The notes under the pieces: generated by a model
Told to the model about the DNA's origin: nothing
Databases searched by the model: none
Seen by the model: the letters and a program-made list of their open reading frames with translations, nothing else
Part shown: positions 40,240-53,279 of the stretch, piece after piece
Numbering within the stretch: position 1 is the first letter of the stretch
Layout of the letters: each line of letters starts with the position of its first letter
DNA from: Eledone cirrhosa
Lineage: Eukaryota
Assembly: GCA_964016885.1 (NCBI GenBank)
Contig: OZ024740.1
Location: 88,908,001 to 88,972,000 of the forward strand
Reading direction: 5' to 3'
DNA: 64,000 nucleotides
Position numbers and translations under genes: made by a program

Positions 40240-40412
40240 TTTATTAAAATAACAGATTAAAGTTTATGCAAAGAATCGCTGCTTTCACCCTTAACGGGAT
40301 CTTCTGAAACTAACAAAGTCAATCTGTAAACGCAGAAGTGGATATTTAAAAAAACGTTGCAACCGGAGGAAGACAGGAAGACGATACTTTGGTTCGTGGA
40401 AACGTTCCCGGA
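40240..40412. mobile_element. Family X copy
   Basis: Colinear with 22196-22370; abuts (TA)n. Confidence 0.8.
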
Positions 40413-40470
40413 TTTTAGTCTTCACATTTATTATTACTATTACTATATATATATATATATATATAGTAAT

Positions 40471-40523
40471 AGCAATGAGATTAAAAACCTTTTTTGTATA
40501 GCAAACCGTGTCACTCTTCTTTC

Positions 40524-40611
<88 letters not shown>

Positions 40612-40622
40612 CATATATATAT

Positions 40623-40715
<93 letters not shown>

Positions 40716-41603
40716 GAAAGAAGAGTGACACGGTTTGCTATACAAAAAAGTGTTTTAATCTCATTGCTGACAATTCTTTCTCTGAACTGGTAGGTCTAGA
40801 AATCGCTACCCGCTTGTTTTCGCGTCATTCGATCACCAAGTACATTTCAGAATACTACTACATCACCTTCCTCCTGTTATAATTGTAGTCAGCATGTTTT
40901 CTCTTTATATATATATGTATATTGCCTTCTTAACCTCTGTATTAACTTACCTATTATATTGCTACTCTGTTAATGTTATATTATACATGTATGTTATTGA
41001 TGATGTGAAAGCTAAACGACCCCATGATTCTAACTAACAATCCCTTCATCTAATATAGACCACATAAATATTGAACCCACCTCACACCACAAATATTACT
41101 ATCATCACTACAAATATTTCATCTGTCAGATAATAAATAATTCTTACGGTCACCAGACCTACAGTAAAGGAAATGGTACATTGTTTAAAGCCACCGGCTT
41201 ATTTCTACAATATATATAATACACCCCATAACAGCTTTTACATGTCAATTTCATACATCTGCCTCATGTCAGCTAGTTTTACACGCTAAAGTCGTAGATA
41301 TACTATGTTTCTCACTTAGATTGATGTTGTGATTATTTCAAATAATTTATTGCTAGCATTGTTAGTATTGTTGTTATTGTTCTGATTGAATGCCATTACT
41401 ATATATAGAAGCCATGCCTGTATATTCCTTTCATTCTTACAAGCTCTGATGAATTGACTGGTTACAACTATGTATTGGTGATCGAATGACGCGAAAACAA
41501 GCGGGTAGCGATCTCTAGACCTACCAGTTCAGAGAAACAATTGTCAGTAATGAGATTAAAAACCTTTTTTGTATAGCAAACCGTGTCACTCTTCTTTCCT
41601 GAT
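40471..41603 (+). mobile_element. Non-coding PLE-like unit with inverted partial terminal repeats
   Basis: 41469-41603 has an inverted copy at 40711-40845 and a direct 58-bp tail copy at 40471-40528, separated by (TA)n; hammerhead lies in the terminal repeat. Confidence 0.7.
41431..41553 (+). ncRNA. Type I hammerhead ribozyme with 81-nt expanded stem II
   Basis: gct-CTGATGA(41446-41452)-[actggt...accagt]-GAAA(41534-41537)-caattg-TC-agt; distal stem I tcatt/aatga after a 7-nt bulge. Confidence 0.7.
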
Positions 41604-42542
41604 TTATCATTATGCCAAGTGTTAACAACATTGAAATCACCGCGTACTCGCAGCATCACTATGAAAACGCCCTGTTGAGTCCAACTTAGCCAAGCGTTGA
41701 TATGTTCCACTACTCGGAGTACCCTAACTGGACTACACCCAAGTGGACTACCTATAACAATAATCTGTTATCCCGTATATATATATATATGTATGTAGAA
41801 GGTGAGTAATATTGTAGAACAATAAAACTATGCATATATCAGTTAAGTAGCACTCAACAGGTGGTAGAACTGGAGTATATATTAAAGAAGAATATGTCCT
41901 ATAACATATTCCACGAATAACGGTTAATTCTTTTTACACATAAATATTTTTTTACACATATACTTTTTTTCACACATATTTCATTATATTCTGCAATGTA
42001 TTAATTCAGTTTTCTCAGCATATTTTAAGCCTTTCCCCTTTTTCTCTATAGCCTTAAATTTTCGTTCAAACCTACGTAGATTTTCAAAACAAACTATGAC
42101 GTCATATGTTTTTCTACGTTTATAAATCATTCTAGCAATTTTCTTTATTTACTTGTTGATATAAAATAATAATTAAATAGTATACCCCACATATATAGAT
42201 TTTTAATAGAAATTTTTAATTTTTAATTAGATTGACTATTCTTATTTTTATCTTTTTATTCTATTTTATTTTATTTTATTTTATTTTAAAAACCTTTTTT
42301 ATAATTGTTTTAATTTAATTTAATTTTAATTTATTAATACATCTTTACACTTCTTAATCCAAGTTTTAGTATTTAAACCCAATATAAAATAATATACCCA
42401 GTTTCTATATTTTAGACCTATAATATTTGATTACCATCTATAATATTCGCACATACACCTCATCAACTTATTTTTTAGCCGTTATTTACAGATGTTTTCA
42501 TTTTGACAGCGTTCCTGATCAAAAGTCTCTCTCTCTCTATCC

Positions 42543-42608
<66 letters not shown>

Positions 42609-42775
42609 CTTCTTCTTTCTTTTTTCCTTTGTTCCTCTCTTCTATTTCTTTTTCCTTTTTCCTTCTTTCCTTTTCTTCATTTTTCCTATTTTTCTCTTAC
42701 ACTTATATTTTTGTCATAAGTAGACTGCACACTTTCTTGTTGACAAGTGTTTTTAGGCCTCATATCATGTTACAT

Positions 42776-42845
42776 TATTTTATCTGATGAGTACACAATT
42801 TTTGTCCCAGGATAATGTTAATTTCGAAATGCGCATAATAAAATA
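42776..42845 (+). ncRNA. Type I hammerhead ribozyme, intact core, 35-nt stem II
   Basis: tattttat-CTGATGA(42784-42790)-g...ttgtcc/ggataa...c-GAAA-tgcgca-TA-ataaaata; 8-bp stem I; palindromic stem III. Confidence 0.8.
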
Positions 42846-43130
42846 TATGGAACTTTTTTAACCATCTTTTAATTTCTTCTTTTATATATATATACATTTT
42901 TAAGTTTACCGTTACGCATATATTTATATATATATAGGATAACAATAAATCCCTAAAGGTAATCCGATAAAAGTCTGAAAACTATTTATCATGGACAGTT
43001 TAAGCGTACAGTACAGTGTGACTCAACAATAGGTTTACTTCGGTGACGATTTTATGACTTCGCTTGTATTCCTATGTAAATATATCTTGGAGTAATAAAG
43101 AGTGAAGAATAACAAGGATATTTAATTACA

Positions 43131-43235
43131 GTCTTATAATTGTTTCAATGATAGAAATGTCTATACATTGTTAAATACTGGAGACAGTTTAACTTAATTT
43201 ACAATACATCCTAGTACCATCATTTCATCAAAGAC
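43131..43235 (-). ncRNA. Decayed hammerhead in the 3' pseudo-LTR (C3U, stem III mismatch)
   Basis: Minus strand gtct-TTGATGA-aatgatgg...ctatcatt-GAAA-caatta-TA-agac. Confidence 0.6.
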
Positions 43236-44821
43236 AAATAAGAAATATAAAATATATGCATAACGGTAAAACTTGAAAATTTATATTACTACATCAATAA
43301 TAGTATTAAAGATAAATAAATACATAAATAAATATAGGAAGGGGAACAGATGGAAATGAGAGAGAAAGAAAGAAAATGACGAAAGAAGGAACGAAGATAT
43401 AGTTAAATATATAACCGGCAACATTTACGAAATCAAACTATCACATCAAAATAAATAAATATAATATTAATAATAATACAGATATATATAGAAGAGAGAA
43501 GGGGGTGATATACCATAGGCAGAGAGGAAGGATAAGTAAGGAAGATGAGAAAGAAATAGAGGAAAATTAAGAGGGATAAGGAAGCAGAGGGGGATAGAAA
43601 TTAATCATGAATATGGAGATATGAAGAAGAGAGAAGAGAAAGTAAACAGACGCACGAATAACCATTACTACGTAAAATAACTAGTTTGAGATGTATTATA
43701 CTGTAGGGTAAAATAATCGAGATGAAATATGTTTAAGTGGAGAAATACAAAGACAAATGGTGAGAGGTGTATAAATATAAGATAATAAATGATGTAAATA
43801 CAAATAAAAATAAAAATAATGATGTTAATACAAATGTTTTTAGGTTATTCTTACGTAAATATGAAGTTTGTAATAATTTGATATCATAATAGGTGCTAAA
43901 AGTATAACAAGGCATAAGGAATAGAAAATGGAGTTAAGTTGGTCTAAAGTTCAGGAATTTCATTGCTGATTTATGCCGGCAAAAGATAGCTCGCTCAAAT
44001 TTGCTGTTAAGAAGGGGTTTATTAACATTGTGAATTTGGAAGAGCTCCATATTACAGAGCCTGCAATGGGACATACCAGTTTGATAGTATTTTCCAGCTG
44101 ATCTCATATTTAGTGTCTGCATTCTTGAGTTGCCATATTTTACTGGCAAGAGTAGTTGTATTTCATAGATTACTATTAATCATAGAATGTCTATGCACGT
44201 ACCACCGTTTTTTGAAACCACCAGCTGTGGAACCAATGTAGTTCCATGCCAAGCTACCTGAGTTGATAGTACACAATTATACTATGTTTTTTTCAAGGCA
44301 TCTGTTTAGTAGAGGGCAATTGTCAGGTAAGTGGCAATTGCATAGAAATGTTTTCCTATGCGCCGGTTCTACTATATGATTTTGAAGATTGTTGTGTATG
44401 GGTTGCGAATTAGGTTTGTTGGTGTATTGCGGTGGTGTTCTTTGTCGTGTATTGGTTGTGATGATGTAATGTGTTCTGTATATGGTGATATGGAACTTAT
44501 ATGGAGGCAGCTTTGATTATGAATAATTTTGTGAATGTGCGATTCTATGTTGTTAGCAGTGGAAAACGATAGTTTGATAGTTTTTCTACTAAAGATTTTA
44601 TGATATTTATGTGTTTGTCAACTAATTGTTGAAGTGTTTGTCAACAAATTTAAAGAGAGTGAGAGGAAGTTTAGTTTTAATAGAGGAGGTAAACATTGGA
44701 TCAAACCATAAGTAGTTTCTATTTCTGTATCTTCTTATTTATTTATCATTAAAACTATTATTGATGTAGTAATTTAAATTTTCAAGTTTACCGTTACGCA
44801 TATATTTTATATTTCTTATTT

Positions 44822-44926
44822 GTCTCTGATGAAATGATGATACTTAGATGTATTGTAAATTAAGTTATACTCTCTCCAGTATTTAGCAATTTATAGACAT
44901 TTCTATCTTTGAAACAATTGTAAGAC
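44822..44926 (+). ncRNA. Type I hammerhead ribozyme with 78-nt hairpin stem II, intact core
   Basis: gtct-CTGATGA(44826-44832)-long stem II-GAAA(44911-44914)-caattg-TA-agac. Confidence 0.75.
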
Positions 44927-44974
44927 TGTAATTAAATATCCTTGTTTTGTACTGTCAAACATGTTATTCTTCAC

Positions 44975-45007
<33 letters not shown>

Positions 45008-45013
<6 letters not shown>

Positions 45014-45190
45014 AAACAGAGGATGTCTGTCTGTTTGTGTAAATCCGGCCGGAATTTTTCAAACTTTACACATGAGTTACTTATATTTCTTGAAGTGCAA
45101 TGGGCTAAAAAAATTGAAAACTGTTTCTGCCTTAGGGACCGGATTAGGCGATTATTAGGCGGATTATTCCCTTTCAGAAACTAATTAGTT
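45008..45190 (+). mobile_element. Possible non-autonomous Helitron-like 5' end
   Basis: tatgtaaaa-cagaggatgtctgtctgtttgt...ttcaaactttacac layout resembles Helitron-N/HINE 5' ends; no 3' hairpin-CTRR confirmed. Confidence 0.3.
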
Positions 45191-45817
45191 GAAGTGAAAT
45201 TTTAGTAAGTAAGTTAATTTTTATAATTTTCTTATTTTACGTCTTTCATATAATTGTTCTGCATCCCTTGCATTGAACCACAAAGTTACTAAGACAAAAC
45301 CTATATATTTGCTAGCATAGATATGCATCTGTATATATATATGTTGGCAGATATACTAATTCCTTATAATTATCTCCAAATTATTTTGTTGTGCAAAAAT
45401 TTGCCAAAACTGCTACTATAGTTCATAGTAATAACTTGGCTACTGTCTTTTTAACACCCTACTCCTCACTGATTAACCTCGATGTCACATGATTGATTCT
45501 TTTGAATTTGCCACCGACCAAGTAGGCAGTGATTTTTTCAATGTCTTGGAATTTAGTTCACGCCTGCTTTTTTCAATCCACTGAATTATTTTTGTATAAG
45601 TTCCCTGTTTTTGAAATGCGCATAATAAAATACATGGAACTCTTTTAACCATCTTTTGTTCTTATATATTATGTATACTCCAGTCCTACAAACTGTAGAG
45701 TGCTTCTTATCCGATATCTGCATTGCTTTATTGTACTACAATACAACTCACCTCCTACATTATATATAAATATATATATATATATATATTTGTGCATGTG
45801 GTGTGTTTGTGTGAGCG

Positions 45818-45970
45818 TGGGTGTGTATGTAGTTAAATGGATAAGATGCTTAGTTCTCAATCAGATAGCCCTCGTTTCGATTCTTCTGCATGATATATTA
45901 GGTATTTGTCCCGTGTTTACCGGATATTTTAATGTCAAATTTGAAGACTGAAACTTTACAGAAGCCCGTC
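45818..45970 (+). mobile_element. Decayed tRNA-derived SINE with gaaac...agaagcccgtc tail
   Basis: A/B-box-like tagttaaatgg and gtttcgattct; the tail agaagcccgtc also occurs near 18956. Confidence 0.45.
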
Positions 45971-46069
45971 GGTAGGATTGCACTCTTAATTCAAGTGTGA
46001 AACCCTCTCTTGCATTATGGATGTCTTCTACTGTGTGAGGACAATTTATGTATGCATATGTCGTTGCAA

Positions 46070-46708
46070 TACTCAGACACTTACATAATAACTATGTGAG
46101 AATGTGTTTTCATTTATCAAACAACTGAATGCTCATCGTCGAAAGCAATACATATTTGTTCATCCAACATATATATATCTTACAAACGTTAAACAATGGG
46201 AAAATAGACACACTGTAACTAATTAATCTACCAATATTTCCAACGCTAACAAACATTGATTCATCCAGGTTAACATAACAGAATTTTACCCGTCGATTTC
46301 TAAAACCTTTCTCGCGTAATCCGTATGCTTTACTGTCTACTACACAAGTGTACAAAACAGAAGCCATCAAATTATATCCCACTGTAGAAAACCCTCCTCC
46401 TTAACAATGGTGTAGCCTGTGCTAAAAACCAGCTACCATAGATTTATTCGATGTATCCATGGGATCGTTTGATAGCACCGACGTAAACAATTTAGGGGGG
46501 CTATATGTTTTAGCGAAGCTAAGAAACAAATTTCCTGATTTCCATAAGGCGATGGTCAGATTTTATCGAACCATAAAATTGGCTACGAGGTCGACACATT
46601 TTGGAGAAATTTAATAGCCACATTCAATGATCTAGGTTTAAAACTTGAAGTAGTTTTCAACCTCACTAACATCAATTTTCTAGAAATCAATATGGATCTA
46701 CGAACGTG
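46070..46708 (+). mobile_element. Heavily decayed Naiad-type PLE RT fragment
   Basis: VKQWENR, FIQVNITEFYPSIS, FDVSMGSFDS and FNDLGLKLEVVFNLTNINFLEINMDL, homologous to 23575-24057. Confidence 0.75.
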
Positions 46709-48445
46709 CACACACACACACTCGCACACACACTCTGTCCCCCCCCCCCCCCGCTCTCTCTGTCTCTTTCTCACACACACATATACACAAAACTTTCCTT
46801 GCCGCATCACCCACAACATGTCTCTACATTATTGCCTCCAACCGTTTTAGCATCTTAATGTATTCAAAACCTCGCTGCAAATAGACTATAAACACGAGGA
46901 CTGAGAGGGTGTATTTGGATCCTCGCAGTGAAAATCTTGTACTGGAATGATGTAATAGAACATTGTTTATAACACACCTCGATCCTTAAATTGAGTGCTC
47001 TAACAAATTGGTAACCATGTGACTGTTTCATGATTTCTCTAACATTCCCTGGTATAGAATTTTACCTAGTACAACGACATATGGCAAAACTGTGTTCGGA
47101 TTTCTATGACTAAGTTATTTCCGTTTCTATGAGAATTTACTTGTAATTCCATTTCCTTCATATATAAACCCATTTCTTTCCAGTAAATGTTTCAAGCTCT
47201 TGAAAAGGTGCTTTTGTTCATGAAGCAGTAGAAGTCTGTTTTTAGTTTTGCATATCATTCTTCGGTTTGAATCCCTGCATGTACTGACTAGGCTAGCGCA
47301 TGACCTTATACTTTGCGTCTTCTCTCGTTTGCTGTTTATTTTCCTGAGTTTCTAAGTGCCTGTTTATGTGAATGTGAATTTGTGGGTTGGTATACGTGCG
47401 ACTTTGTAATTGCGGGATAACTAGAGGTTGCAATATATTGAATATAGATTGATGACTATGGCTGCTATGCCATGCGAGAGGGAAGTTACACCGGTAAAAA
47501 TCAATTCACCAAGTTATGCTTTCGTCACGTACGTAGGTAAATAATTAGATAACTGGAATAATTTAAAAGGAATACTATTATAGACACAGGAGAGTTTTGT
47601 ATCGTTGCTTTATACATTTTCCAATTCATAGTCAATACTTCGGAATATCTATCGCATTGTAATGCGATGAATTTATTTTAAACACACACACACACACCGA
47701 CACACTCAAACATACATATATCTATGTGTGTGTGTAAATCTTGAAGGAAATATTTCCATTTCCTGATCTATCTAATGAGTTAGACAAACAAGTATATGCT
47801 TGTGGATGTAATGCACGATTAAGTCATATATGCATTAGTGTATGTATATGTATTTGCCTTATTTATAATACATGGTACGTGAGCATATGATTTTGTCGGT
47901 ACTCACAGTTTCCTTACTATATACGATTAATCTTTAGCGCATTATCAATCTACAGCATTCCGGAACAAATATTAAGCTACCCAGCTTCTGTTTACTTCCT
48001 TTCCTAACTGATTTGAAGAAGTTTTTATGAATCATTCAATACATTTTTTTCTGTAATAGTTGGAGAAATTATTTTGTTTAATTCTTATTTTGGTGTTCAT
48101 TTCATTGTCATTTTGTGTTGTACATGGTGGTGAAGGGGCATTTTCATTCAGCATCCATTCAATTTTCCTGGATCTCAAACCGGGAACAGTGTTGTAACAG
48201 CTATCCAATGCTTTCAGGTCGGTGTGCTCCTGGTGGACCGTGTGCATTTGTTTATATGTGCCTGTGTATACACATAAATATGTATGCATGAATGTATGTA
48301 TTTATGTATGAATGTATGTATGTATGTATTTATGTATGTATGGATGTATGTATGTAAGTACATATATATACACACATATATATATATATATATATATATG
48401 TAACTACATATATATATATAAACATACCTATATACCTATATATAT

Positions 48446-48544
<99 letters not shown>

Positions 48545-48849
48545 CTTAAGGTATTTGAAAGTTGCAAAGTTTTTGTGCATGCAATTCGGGCAGTGTTCAG
48601 AGAATTTGTTCAGTAGCTGGCCCTTGGCAAATAATATTTCGATAAAAAGGTCACAGCTACGACCTTTGTATCTCAGAGAGCTACGAAATATATATATATA
48701 TGAAAAAATAATGTTATCTCTGATCGAGGCGAAGTGAGTGTGTATATCAATACATATGACATGTAGTAAAGATTGAAAGAGTAGGAGGACAAGGAGAAGT
48801 GTGTTGGCGAAAAGAAGTGATCGGGAAAAGAAAGGCGATATAAAAGACA

Positions 48850-50525
48850 AGTTTACAGACAGACATCTTCACCCTCATCAACTCTCAAAGCAGATAAACT
48901 CTATAGGCACTTCCGTTGTTGTAGCGTTTATCTCGAACCGGCTGCGCACCTCGATATCACTGCCAAGCAAGTCATTTTGGAAGTTACTCATAGTCCTCGG
49001 CTCGACAGACCTCTGGTCAGTTCAATTTTATCGACGCCCCGAACCTCTCCGATGGCGTTATCACACTTGCCCAAAACATATCATTTATAGAACTCGAGAT
49101 GCTGCAGAATCAGTGCATGTTTGCGCATCATTGTTCAGAGTACATCCAACCCTCCTTGTAGAAAGTAGTGGGAGTAGATGGATCGCCTCTCCAATGGAAC
49201 CTGGAGTTCCACAAGAAGTTGTTGAGGAGCCGTTCCAATTCGGCAAGGCGTAAACCAGGGCAAGATATCGGGGTCTGGTGGTTGTAGATATCGGACCCGA
49301 TGTACGCATTCACCCCCCTCCGTCCGACCTCTCATCGATATCTTCCTCCTGGCCCATTTCTGGATGAGAGTGACCACCCTGTTCGTTACAACGTTCTAGT
49401 TCTTCTCCAACAGGCTGTCCGGTCCGTACCATAACTCGAGCAACTTTACGGGCCCGTCCGTCCAGCTTCCGACGACGCTGTTGAATGGCAAATATTTGCT
49501 TCTACGTGTTCTGAGCTGCAAACCCACACACCTTTCCGGGTTCAGTTTTGCTGGCGTAACACTTTCATGCTTCTCCAGGAAGGTACCGACAAGCTAGATT
49601 TCCGACGTGCTGGACACCCTTACGTTGATGTCACTGACACGGCCCTCCCACGTCCCAGTTCGAGCGGGATGCCGCGTAACAGCTTCAACTTTCGCAGTAA
49701 AGATCCGAGAGTCAATACGTACAAAAGGTAAAATAGATGACACCATTGACGGAAAATCGCGTGATTTGAAACTGTTCCGAATCGTTGCCATTTAATTTGA
49801 GCACCGAACAGATACCGCCAGGCATTGCAGCAATCCAGCGTTTGGAGACTGGGTCGAAGACATTTGCCGGGAGGACAGCCTCCTTGTATAGATGGTAGAC
49901 TCTATCAAAAGATATTGATTGATCGAAATTGATGAGAGCCCTACCGAAGCCATATTTACACTCTACCCTGTCTATGTATCGCATATAGTGGAAGTTGAAA
50001 TATATGGACCTGATCGGGATTTCGCAAGTTTGAGCCAGTCCTACCCGACCATCGAAGAAAATCGCCTACATATTCGATAGCACTTTCGACAAAATCTTAA
50101 ACATTGTGTTTTACAGAGTAATTGGCCAGAAAATGTACCTCTTTTTCTCGTTTTTCCTCATCATCTTTACTACGCTCCCGCTCACAGAACTAACTTGGAA
50201 TAAGCTAGTTGCCGTAGAGATCGGAGAACAAGTTTGTCATCTCTACCTAAAACTCATAGGGCAGACCATCCAACAGAGGTGACTTGTACCTCATGCTACT
50301 GAGTGGAGCATGCCAAATTTCATTTGACGTTATCGGCCTTTCGCAGCACTCAGCATCGACTGTACACAGCTTTAATTGACTTGATTTTAGATTAAGCATC
50401 TTAGCTCTGACAATGACATCTTCATGTTTCCTATTGAAGAAATGCTTCAATTATAGCGCGTCAGTCGCAGTACTACTAAATAAACCTTAATCAACTGTAT
50501 ATCACCCCTGACCACTTTAATATCA
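48850..50525 (-). mobile_element. Decayed L1/Tx1-like LINE ORF2 fragment
   Basis: KSPLLDGLPYEF, ALINFDQSISFDRV and QKWARRKISMRGR motifs; homologous to 30200-32050. Confidence 0.85.
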
Positions 50526-50817
50526 CGCACGCGCGCACACACACACACACACACATACACACGGGCGCACGCGCCCACACACACACACGCACATATATAT
50601 GTAGTGTCAAGTGTTTTCATAGAATAGTTAAATGAAAAAGACCGATCTATATTAAGCAGAAAGTTATGTGCATCATTATAAATAATTTCTGAAAAGCAGT
50701 TCCATCTTAGTGTTGCCAGAAAGATAGCAAAAAGCAGATATAGCGTCTTTAATATATATGTAAGAAAAAGGCTTTGAAACATTAGGTTGCTTGCATATGT
50801 ATTGAAAAATTATCTAT

Positions 50818-50850
<33 letters not shown>

Positions 50851-50861
50851 ATATATATGTG

Positions 50862-50940
<79 letters not shown>

Positions 50941-52319
50941 TTCTGTGTGCGTGCATGCGTGTGTATATCACTTAGAATCGTGATCATATAAATTTATATA
51001 ATAAATTTGATATTCTGGAAATAACCAACAGTGACAGCAAAAACAATTTCTTATGCTGAGCAAAAAATATAGTGGAAAATCATAAATAAATAAAAAGATC
51101 AACGTATTGTGTAAGGAATTTCGTAATATAAAGAATATAATGTAATAATAAATATAATTATATTCATGACATCCCTATAGGTATACAGAATATTATTTTA
51201 TCCTTTGCATTACTTCACAATAAGATTAATGAGGGCAACTTGTAAACTCTTCTACCAAGACAATGTGAGATAAAAAGAACCTAGTTATAATATTTAGTCT
51301 TCTGAGATATATTGGAAAATTCTGTCTAATCCCATTATAATTAAATATGCTTAATAGTTTCTAGCTATATCTTGTTATTGACTTAGCGTCATGTCATGTT
51401 TATTTATCAGTTTTAGAGAGGAGCACACGTTATCATGATATATTGATCGTCAGGTGAAATTCAGCTCCCCGAAGGATTTTTATACTTTAAAGCATAGAAA
51501 TAAATCTATTTACCTTTTCTCGCAGAATACCACTTGTTTATGTTGAGAGAATTTCGCATGGATCTTTATATATCGATCTCAAATATTAATTTACTTCATA
51601 ATCATATTGACCAAGCTTTATAACACTATTTGTATTCTACGTTCACACCATGCATTTGTGATCCACATTATCTTTATTATGCTAAATAGCCATTCAGTTT
51701 AATATTACGCTATATAACGCATATTGGCATGGGAATAAATCTATTGTTTCCCTCATTGTGCTGAAACGTTTTCGAATACTTGGCAAGAATGCCGGCTTTA
51801 TTATTTTAATTACTATAATTTTAGATATTTAGTGAATATAAAGAACTAAGAAATGTGAAACCTGTGTAGCGATTATATTACTGTGTCTCAGTTTGTGTTT
51901 AAATAATTAATAATTAGTTAAGGATATAAACGATATTGTTTGATCTCAAAGGTAGTACAAAGCTTCAATAAAAGCGCATATGTGGGCATATACAATACTA
52001 TTCTTTAGGTCTAGTTTCGCTGGGAGTATATAATATATAGAAATGTGGCAGCAACTTCAAAAGCAAAATATTCCTAGTGTAGGGTTGTTTATATTTTATG
52101 TAAACGTTATGTACTAACACAACTCGATTCAGGTTAACAAGCATATGTGAAATTATAATGAACATTGAGGTAGGCTATTGAATATGTGAACATGTCACCC
52201 AGTGTATAGAGGCTAAGAATAAATAGTTTAGTAGAATGTACAACCACTGATTCCAGCTATTTGCACTATCAGCACATATTCTTCATTGACCATACTTGAA
52301 TATGGAATGATACGCGATG

Positions 52320-52715
52320 CCCCCCCCCCTTCCAACCACAGCCCCGGTGGACAGGATGGAGAAGGCGTTTCCCCGGTGGACGGCAAGGGAGACGCGCTGG
52401 AAAATCCACTCCAACTCGCGGGGCTCACACCTGCGGCAGGCCAGCTCAACGCCTATGGTGGTGAGTAAGGAGGTAGCCCTAGGGCCGAGGACACCAAAAG
52501 TCTCCACTGCCAGGGGTACAACCGCAAACCTGTCGGAGAGCGACCGGTTTGGCCTCCTCAGCCCCACGTGCAGCAGAACCTGGGTTAGTCGCAGACTGCA
52601 CCAGGTTGCAGCTGCAGAAAGTGTCGGTACAAGTGGCATCCCAGACAAGGGGTTTGCGACCGCGGAACAGGAAGATGGTCATGCCATATGACCTTTTACC
52701 GTCCCCTCGGTGCAT
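52320..52715 (-). mobile_element. CRE-clade non-LTR retrotransposon C-terminal restriction-like endonuclease fragment
   Basis: DGKR..GMT......KPLVWDATCTDT...AEEAK then (frameshift) PLAVETFG.LG...FQRVSLAVHRGNA.SIL; GC-rich island in AT-rich DNA. Confidence 0.8.
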
Positions 52716-53244
52716 CCGATATATTGAAATGCAACTACCGGGAGTAGCAGACGTATTCGGCAGATGAAATATGTATATGTATATTATATGTAAACATTGA
52801 GTATATGGATTCAAATATTCTCCTATTCAGAATCACGCTGTGTTAGTGTTATCATTAACTATATATTTGAATACCCAGTTTGAAAACAATATACGGAAGG
52901 AAATTAGAAATAGAATTAAGATGAATATAAAAAAAGGCACATTTTTATTATACGCTATGGAAATCAGATGAACTGTTTAAAAAGATTCTTTTAAATTAGA
53001 GTGTCGAATCATTGTATCTAGTGCACAGTAATCAACTATCATATAGGTAATAGAAATTATACCAATCTTATCATAAATAACAATCGTAAATCATTTCAAG
53101 CTAGACAGTGTGTAGTTAGCTGATATGTTTCAGATCGAAAGCTCTCCCACCCTCCCTGTGTATCTTTCTCTATTTCTCTTTCTCTCTCTCTCCATTCGTA
53201 TATATAAATAACGTGCACACGTACGCACGCGCGCGCGCACACAA

Positions 53245-53279
<35 letters not shown>

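Larger units (their letters stand above)
43095..44980 (-). mobile_element. 5'-truncated Naiad-type Penelope-like element (GIY-YIG end + 3'UTR) bracketed by ~230-bp inverted pseudo-LTRs
   Basis: Minus strand WFDP..., KIFSRKTIKLSFS, CNCHLPDNCPLLNRC, YIGSTAGGFKKRW and CRLCNME...LLNSKFE....CRH; 43095-43322 is the reverse complement of 44736-44980. Confidence 0.88.
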
